Both the position numbers and the translations under genes were made by a program. From contig JAANOX010000265.1 of the NCBI GenBank assembly GCA_020184695.1, positions 62,001-126,000 on the forward strand: 64,000 nt of DNA. Reading direction: 5' to 3'. Source of the stretch: Histomonas meleagridis 2922-C6/04-290x. Its lineage: Eukaryota > Protista > Parabasalia. This document shows positions 57,079 through 64,000 of this stretch, piece after piece (within the stretch, counting starts at the first letter, position 1; every line of letters starts with the position of its first letter). A model generated the notes under the pieces. That model saw nothing but the letters and a program-made list of their open reading frames with translations. It was not told the DNA's origin and ran no database searches.

Positions 57079-59415
57079 ATGTTTCTGTTCATAGTCTCTT
57101 ATACTATTGTGAACGGAAGTTTTTCACCAAAAGCCTTGTACCCCAAAAATTGAAGGAGATTATTTAACAGAGTATACTTATACATTTACTGGAAATGATT
57201 ATGCGTTAGGTTGTAATGCTCAACTTGATGGGGAAGCAGGTGATTAGGTAACTGTATCTTTCGAGATTTCTATCCAAAAAAAGGAGGGAAGACTTTGTTT
57301 TCAAGTTATGCCAAAAGGATCTCCAATTAGCACAGAAATGAAGGAATTAAATTTTTCATCACAATCATACCAAACCTATACCAGCAAGTGGGTTCTTCCT
57401 TCCCTTACAACCAATTTTTCGGTTAGATTTTGGGGATACGGAAATACTGATTTTAAATTCAAAAATCTCAGATATGAAATTACAAAGCATTACGGCACTC
57501 CTGACCGCGAAGTTGTCACTCTTGAGAATTCTAATATAAAACTTACGTTCAATGTTTTTCAAATGTACTTTGAAGTTTGTGACAAGACATCCCAAAAACT
57601 TTGGAACCAAACATCGCGACGTTCCTCTGTTGTATCCAACTTATTTTCTACAGAGGAAATGATTTCTTATGATGTTGTCTATCCTGATCAAGATCTAATT
57701 CATTTCCAAATTAACCTGACAAACGATGGCTTCACTACTTCAGTTGATCGCGATCCTAATTCTACCAAGATGCCATTTGATTTTCCTTTTAGTTTTCCTG
57801 TCGACAAAAGTTATGCTACGTAATTCCTGTGTCTGAAGGAGTCACATTTCCGGCGGAATACAATTCGTTTACCAACAAAATCTTCAGCGGTGGCTTTTCT
57901 ATGCAAGGTTTGTCCATGCCATTTGTTGCTGCTACAAATGACGCGTCATCAATTCTTTTAACTTCAGACACGTATTTTGACGGAGGCTTTTACTTCTATA
58001 ACAACAAAGGATTATATCAATTCAGACCCATCTTTTATCTATCCAAAGGCAAATTTTCATAAAAGCGAACACTTCGTTATTCATTTTTTAAAGGAGATCA
58101 TGTTACAACTGCAAAAAGATATCGAGAACATGCGAAAGAAAAAGGACTAATTGTAACATTAAGAGAAAAAGCTAAAACACGTCCAAACATTGATAAACTC
58201 ATTGGCGCAGTTGATTTTTGGTCATTTTGTTCAAAGCCAATGGAGCGATTAAGTGAAATGCAATCGCTTGGAATCGAACGAATTTTATATTCAAGCGGAT
58301 GCTCTAAAGATAACATTGATTATTTAAATAATAATCGATCGCATATCCTTACATCGATATATGATCATTATCGTGACCAAATGAATCCAGAATACATTGA
58401 AAAAGGATATGCAACATATAATAATTATATTTTGGAAGCACACCCACAAGATATGTCCGTCGATGAGAATCAAAACATGCGCACTCCATATAAACTACGA
58501 AACTTAACATGTCCCGAATGTCCATCACTTGAATGTCCTGTTTTATGTAATGCGCGACAACCTTATTATGCACGGAAGAGAATAGAAAACGAAATTATTT
58601 TTCGGGCCCGATTACAAAGCGCGTTTCATTGATCAAGCGTTTTCATCTCTTCCGTATAAAGAATGTTATTCTAATGATCATCCATTAGATCCTAGAGGCT
58701 CTGCGCAAAGTTTAGTTGAATTAGTTAAAGTATTCAACGATTATGGAATCGTTGTTGGAACAGAAGACGGGAAAGAAATTGCTGTTCCTTACGTTTCATT
58801 GATTACTTCGAAGGAATGATGTCAATTACCGAGTTTAGAGTTCCTGGCTACGGAAGTAATTTGCAATTAACTTATTTCGAGCCACCACAACCTGAAAAGA
58901 CTTATCAAATGGTTAACGAATCATTTCGGATTCGGCTTTTCGAACTTGTTTATCACGATTGCGTAGTGTCGCATTGGTATTGGACAGACTTCAACGCCAA
59001 AATTATTCCGTATTGGGACCGATTCGATTTGTTTAATGCATTGTATGGAACGCCGCCGATGTTTCTGATCAATTACACTAATTGGGAAAATTATAAGGAA
59101 AGATACGTAAAGTCATATCAAACAGCAGAACCTGTTTCGCGATTGACGGGTTACGAAGAAATGATAGACCACAAATACATAACAAAGGATCGAACTGTGC
59201 AACAAACAACTTTTGCAAATAACTTCAGAGTTACTGTGAATTTCGGATCGGATAATTATGAAGACATACCGCCGATGGGGTACAGGGTAGATGACGCATC
59301 GGCTGGGAATGTGCCAGGATATGCAGTTGCGATGATTGCGGCTGCGGTTGCGTTGGCAGCTGTCGTGGGATGGATTTTGGGAGCGAAAAAGACAAGTGAC
59401 ACAGCTGATGCGTGA
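57079..59415 (+). pseudogene. Disabled bacterial-type glycoside hydrolase (GH129/GHL-like) with signal peptide and C-terminal TM
   Basis: Stitched frames give FIDQAFSS..KECYSNDHP, GTEDGKEIAVPY..DYFEGMMS and LFELVYHDC. Lesions: in-frame stops at about 57245 (TAG) and 58060 (TAA), and frameshifts near 57130, 57820, 58605 and 58800. Confidence 0.7.
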
Positions 59416-59789
59416 GCGGATAAAATTATAAACGATTTGATGCATACGAAATGTTCTCTTCTTTATAATTCGAAACTTAATAAATGTTTTAGTTTTGTAT
59501 TTTGCAATTCTTTAACAGAAAAAATCACATTTCTATCTATTTATTAGATTTCAAATATAAAAATAAAAATTGGTATGAAAATTATTTTTTTAAAATAATT
59601 CCAAAATTTCTTTTAAAATTTATTTAAAAAAAATCTTGAAAGTATACTTATTTTATTATATAATAATTTTATGTTACTTTAATTCAAGTCATTTTCTTCA
59701 TCATGAACTGAATTGTGTATTGATCGCATGTTTAAATAACCGATATTAATTCATTTTTTTGAAATGTTTATATAATTATTTTTTCCGTT

Positions 59790-60150
59790 TAATGACTTGT
59801 TAAATGACGATGTTGATAGAACGAGGCACCCTGGAATGACATATAATGACTTGTTTGTTGCCAAAATAATCAAATATTTTGTATACTTTACGATTATTCA
59901 ATAAGAAGCCAAGAATAGCACTTTTATGATTTGTTTGGTTTATGGCAGATAATGACTTGTTCATTGTCCTATCGGTAATACACTTTTTAGCTTTTTATAT
60001 ATGGTGTATGACGGATAATGACTTGTTTGTTGTCAAAATGATAAGTCACTTTCTGGTTTTAACAACTTTATTTGAAATAATGACTTGTTGGTTGTCATTT
60101 CGTTCAATTCTTCTCAATATTTTTGTATGAAAAATGATTTGTTCATTGTC
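59790..60150 (+). repeat. Array of six 19-bp repeats TAATGACTTGTTYRTTGTC with 35-87-nt spacers upstream of the Myb gene
   Basis: Copies at 59790, 59844, 59950, 60016, 60078 and 60132; mirrored at 63325-63683. Confidence 0.8.
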
Positions 60151-60211
60151 AACCGCATTCAAAAACTCAAGATGAACAAGAAGAAAATATTAATATCATT
60201 TTTATATTAGA

Positions 60212-60802
60212 ATGTATTTTATAAATTCATATGAACAACAAAATGAATTTACACAATTCAACAATGGTATTAATAATCGAAGCTTTAAACCACATAGTAA
60301 GTTTAGTGAAGAAGAAGATGAACGCTTAAAAGAAATTGTTACACGTTTAGGCGATAATGATTGGGTTGCAATTTCACAAGAGATGCCAGGACGTAATGCA
60401 CGTCAATGTAAAGAACGCTGGAGTTATTACTTGTCACCTTCACTTAATACATCACCATGGAGTGAAGAAGAAGATAAATTATTATTGTCCAAACAACGTG
60501 AACTTGGTAGTAAGTGGGTTAAAATTTCTAAATTCTTTGATCATCGAACAGATGCCATGGTTAAAAACAGATATCAAGTTTTAATGCGAAAAATGAAGAA
60601 AGGACTTCTTTTATTCCCAAGTGAACAAACACAAACACAGGCACAAACACAAAATGAAGTTCCAGTTGAAAGATCACCAACACAAGAAAATGTTTATTCT
60701 TCACCAGCAACAACAATTATAACACCAGAAGAAGATAACATATTTGAAGATTTCGAATTCTTCTATCCAGATGAATTCAATTTATCATTCATTGATTTCT
60801 AA
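60212..60802 (+). CDS. R2R3 Myb transcription factor
   Basis: FSEEEDERL..W..RNARQCKERW..LSP..W.EEED..W...RTDAMVKNRY. Confidence 0.93.
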   Translation: MYFINSYEQQNEFTQFNNGINNRSFKPHSKFSEEEDERLKEIVTRLGDNDWVAISQEMPGRNARQCKERWSYYLSPSLNTSPWSEEEDKLLLSKQRELGSKWVKISKFFDHRTDAMVKNRYQVLMRKMKKGLLLFPSEQTQTQAQTQNEVPVERSPTQENVYSSPATTIITPEEDNIFEDFEFFYPDEFNLSFIDF

Positions 60803-60902
60803 TTTTTTTATAATATGTTATATTATATTTCATTATAAAATATTAAATAAACTTCTTTCTATCGTAAAATTGTTTTTTTTTCATTAATTGCTTATGAAGT
60901 TT

Positions 60903-61410
60903 CTAATCATTCTTTGAAATATCATAATAAAACTTGGAAAAAGTTTTTTCTATTATATCATTATAATATGAATGAACATCGAAATTATTCAATGATAGTT
61001 CTTCATAATTTTCTTTTTCGTAATCATTTTTATAATTTTTTATACTTTTTTCTTCAATCATATAGTGTATGAAAAAAAAAGTATTTTTATTAATGTTTAA
61101 TGTTGAAGATATTAAATCTATTTCCATTACCTCTTTAAGAAAAAAATCAGATTCATTCGTATTTAATGAAAGAAGAAAACATACAATTTCATTCAATAAT
61201 CCATTTTTTATATGTTCATTTCTTAATTATCAATTTCGTTTATATTTCTTAAATAAAGGTTATGTTCTAACCTTTGTGATAAAAATGATGAACAAATAAT
61301 TCTACATATACAATAATATGGGAATTTTAATGAATTCTTACATAAACTCACAACAGTTTCGACAGAATTCAAAAATGATTTTTTCTTTAAGCAAAATAAA
61401 AACATTTGAA
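60903..61410 (-). pseudogene. N-terminal fragment of a DUF3447-ankyrin family gene
   Basis: ESDFFLKEVMEIDLI..FFIHYM matches ESNYFLERMIQENL..YFIHYM of the 9217 copy. It is broken and ends at the inverted-repeat boundary. Confidence 0.55.
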
Positions 61411-61671
61411 GTATGTTAAAGACTTGGAAATGACTTTTGAAGTTCATTTACCAAGTTAAAATAGAAAAAAAAAATTGTTTTATAAATTTATAATTATATG
61501 ATAAACTTTTCGATTTTGTTTCGACTACATTTTTACAAATTTCCCCCTAAGCATACTCATTATTTTTATATATCACCATTTTTAGATGATATTGCAATAA
61601 GTTGGCATTCATTTAAAAAGCAATTGAGAAGTTTATGAATTTTTTTGAAATGTTTATAATAACCGTAATTA

Positions 61672-61702
61672 AAACGGTTTCGGTTTGGCCTTCCTTTTCC
61701 CA
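61672..61702 (+). promoter_or_regulatory. Putative core promoter of RPL13A (M3-like AACGGTT and M5-like CCTTT motifs)
   Basis: AAAACGGTTTCGGTTTGGCCTTCCTTTTCCCA lies directly before the ATG. It resembles motifs described in T. vaginalis promoters. Confidence 0.45.
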
Positions 61703-62299
61703 ATGTCTATTGTTATTGACGGAAAGGGCCATGTTTCAGGCCGCTTAGCAGGTGTCATTGCCAAACAACTCCTCAATGGAAGGAAAATCGTTGTTGTTCG
61801 TGCCGAAAGCATCGTTACAACAGGTGACCACCGTTTCAATTATCATAAATACCGCCGTTTCTTAAGAAAGACAACCAACTCAAACCCACGCCATGGTCCA
61901 TTCCATGAACGTGCACCAGCTGAAATATTCTCTCGCACAGTTCGCGGTATGGTTAATTATAAAACAGCCCGTGGTGCAGCAGCCTTTGCTAGACTTAAGG
62001 TTTACGAAGGCATCCCAGAGAAGTACGAAGGAGTAAAGAAACTTGTTGTCCCAACTGCTCTTCGTGTAGTTGCAATTCGCACTGATCGCCCAGTTACAAC
62101 ACTTGGAAAGATTTCTACAACATTCGGATGGAAATATGGTCATGTTGTCAAGGCTCTTGAAGAAAAGAGAATTGCTAAAGCAGCAGAATTACATGAAGCA
62201 AAGAAGGCAGAAAAGGAAAAGAAACAACGCGCCATTGCAGCTGCTAACAAGCAGTTAGGTGCTGCAGCTGTTAAATTCCTCGAAACATACGTCGAGTAA
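61703..62299 (+). CDS. RPL13A: 60S ribosomal protein L13a (uL13)
   Basis: IVIDGKGHVSGRLA, NPRHGPFHERAP, RTVRGM, LKVYEGIP and GWKY; ATG at 61703. Confidence 0.97.
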   Translation: MSIVIDGKGHVSGRLAGVIAKQLLNGRKIVVVRAESIVTTGDHRFNYHKYRRFLRKTTNSNPRHGPFHERAPAEIFSRTVRGMVNYKTARGAAAFARLKVYEGIPEKYEGVKKLVVPTALRVVAIRTDRPVTTLGKISTTFGWKYGHVVKALEEKRIAKAAELHEAKKAEKEKKQRAIAAANKQLGAAAVKFLETYVE

Positions 62300-62673
62300 A
62301 CTTGATTGCATTAAAATAATTTTCAACTTTTTAAAATGAGTACGATTAAAATTAAAAGAAAAAATTTGTAACTTTTGTTCAGATGAAACCAAAATTCAGA
62401 TTCGAAAAGGATTAACACATAATAAAAATAAAAAAATATAAAAGATATATAATCATTAAAAAATTCCTTTGTTTAAGGAAATCCAACAACAAAAAGTGAT
62501 TTAGAAACGTATAAGCTATAAAACGAGAAAAAAATAATTGAATTGATTTACCTGATCTCATTTAAAATCACCAGAAAATATTCTCAATATGATTTATATT
62601 TGGTTTTTATGTTTGACTCAAGGATTTTAAGCTGATAAAAGCTTTGTATATTAATATCTTTTTTTGTAATATA

Positions 62674-64000
62674 TAATGAAAAAAAAACAATTTTACGATA
62701 GAAAGAAGTTTATTTAATATTTTATAATGAAATATAATATAACATATTATAAAAAAATTAGAAATCAATGAATGATAAATTGAATTCATCTGGATAGAAG
62801 AATTCGAAATCTTCAAATATGTTATCTTCTTCTGGTGTTATAATTGTTGTTGCTGGTGAAGAATAAACATTTTCTTGTGTTGGTGATCTTTCAACTGGAA
62901 CTTCATTTTGTGTTTGTGCCTGTGTTTGTGTTTGTTCACTTGGGAATAAAAGAAGTCCTTTCTTCATTTTTTTCGCATTAAAACTTGATATCTGTTTTTA
63001 ACCATAATATCTGTTCGATGATCAAAAGAATTTAGAAATTTTAACCCATAACTCCAGCGTTCTTTACATTGACGTGCATTACGTCCTGGCATCTCTTGTG
63101 AAATTGCAACCCAATCATTATCGCCTAAACGTGTAACAATTTCTTTTAAGCGTTCATCTTCTTCTTCACTAAACTTACTATGTGGTTTAAAGCTTCGATT
63201 ATTAATACCATTGTTGAATTGTGTAAATTCATTTTGTTGTTCATATGAATTTATAAAATACATTCTAATATAAAAATGATATTAATATTTTCTTCTTGTT
63301 CATCTTGAGTTTTTGAATGCGGTTGACAATGAACAAATCATTTTTCATACAAAAATATTGAGAAGAATTGAACGAAATGACAACCAACAAGTCATTATTT
63401 CAAATAAAGTTGTTAAAACCAGAAAGTGACTTATCATTTTGACAACAAACAAGTCATTATCCGTCATAAACCATATAAAAAGCTAAAAAGTGTATTACCG
63501 ATAGGACAATGAACAAGTCATTATCTGCCATAAACCAAACAAATCATAAAAGTGCTATTCTTGGCTTCTTATTGAATAATCGTAAAGTATACAAAATATT
63601 TGATTATTTTGGCAACAAACAAGTCATTATATGTCATTCCAGGGTGCCTCGTTCTATCAACATCGTCATTTAACAAGTCATTAAACGGAAAAAATAATTA
63701 TATAAACATTTCAAAAATGAATTAATATCGGTTATTTAAACATGCGATCAATACACAATTCAGTTCATGATGAAGAAAATGACTTGAATTAAAGTAACAT
63801 AAAATTATTATATAATAAAATAAGTATACTTTCAAGATTTTTTTTAAATAAATTTTAAAAGAAATTTTGGAATTATTTTAAAAATAATTTTCATACCAAT
63901 TTTTATTTTTATATTTGAAATCTAATAAATAGATAGAAATGTGATTTTTTCTGTTAAAGAATTGCAAAATACAAAACTAAAACATTTATTAAGTTTCGAA
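62674..64000 (-). repeat. Right arm of the large inverted repeat
   Basis: Reverse complement of 59469-60886 with an 88-nt deletion and homopolymer-length differences. Confidence 0.92.
62758..63263 (-). pseudogene. Inverted, damaged copy of the 60212 Myb gene
   Basis: Identical apart from an 88-nt deletion (equivalent to 60427-60514, removing most of R3), +1 T, +2 A and GCC>ATT. The frame is broken. Confidence 0.9.

Larger units (their letters stand above)
59469..60886 (+). repeat. Left arm of a large inverted repeat (partner 62674 to at least 64000)
   Basis: Near-identical reverse complement. Window position 64000 maps to 59469, so the arms may extend further. Confidence 0.92.

Noticed and set aside
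10615-58062. In-frame TAA/TAG/TGA at 10615, 24360, 57245 and 58060 as stop-codon reassignment
   Set aside because: Conserved genes such as RPL13A, the Rabs and OsmC end in TAA, and others end in TGA. All the internal stops fall in genes with other lesions.
59790-60150. True CRISPR array
   Set aside because: Eukaryotic context, no cas genes, short degenerate non-palindromic repeats and irregular spacer lengths.
707-63263. Many short track ORFs antisense to or overlapping real genes, or in AT-rich intergenic DNA (for example 707, 13917, 21046, 39580, 48607, 51625)
   Set aside because: Shadow frames or low-complexity chance ORFs with no motifs.

Overview
Very AT-rich, gene-dense eukaryotic DNA, most consistent with a parabasalid (Trichomonas/Tritrichomonas/Histomonas-type). 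Supporting signs are DUF3447+ankyrin genes, several Rab and Myb paralogues, an OsmC with a hydrogenosome-type presequence, and a 24-nt GT-AG intron. Ordinary genes include an ACAP-type ArfGAP, a microbial PARG-like macrodomain, a subtilisin, karyopherin-like ARM proteins, USP14/Ubp6, TBCC, LRR-PP2C, an OYE, a TH1/NELF-C/D-like protein and RPL13A. The standout feature is in the DUF3447-ankyrin family. In all four copies that retain hairpin loops (22 loops), the 12 nt that should encode the ankyrin beta-hairpin (D-x-x-G-x-T) are spread over about 80 nt. The pattern is four single codons, each preceded by a T/A-rich, non-GT-AG spacer of 17 nt. Removing the 17-mers restores typical loops (KDNRGRTA, KDENGCTA, KNKNGYTA, KDNWGWT) and turns 32169-34359 into a stop-free 599-aa ORF. 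This points to an undescribed system of 17-nt intervening sequences and 3-nt micro-exons at the target-binding residues. The excision mechanism (RNA splicing, DNA excision or ribosomal bypass) cannot be determined from sequence alone. Also present: a TA-flanked non-autonomous TIR element inside one ankyrin gene, a small GTPase fused to a two-TM protein, a disabled bacterial-type glycosidase, and an inverted duplication with arms of at least 1.3 kb carrying a Myb gene and a spaced 19-bp repeat array around RPL13A.
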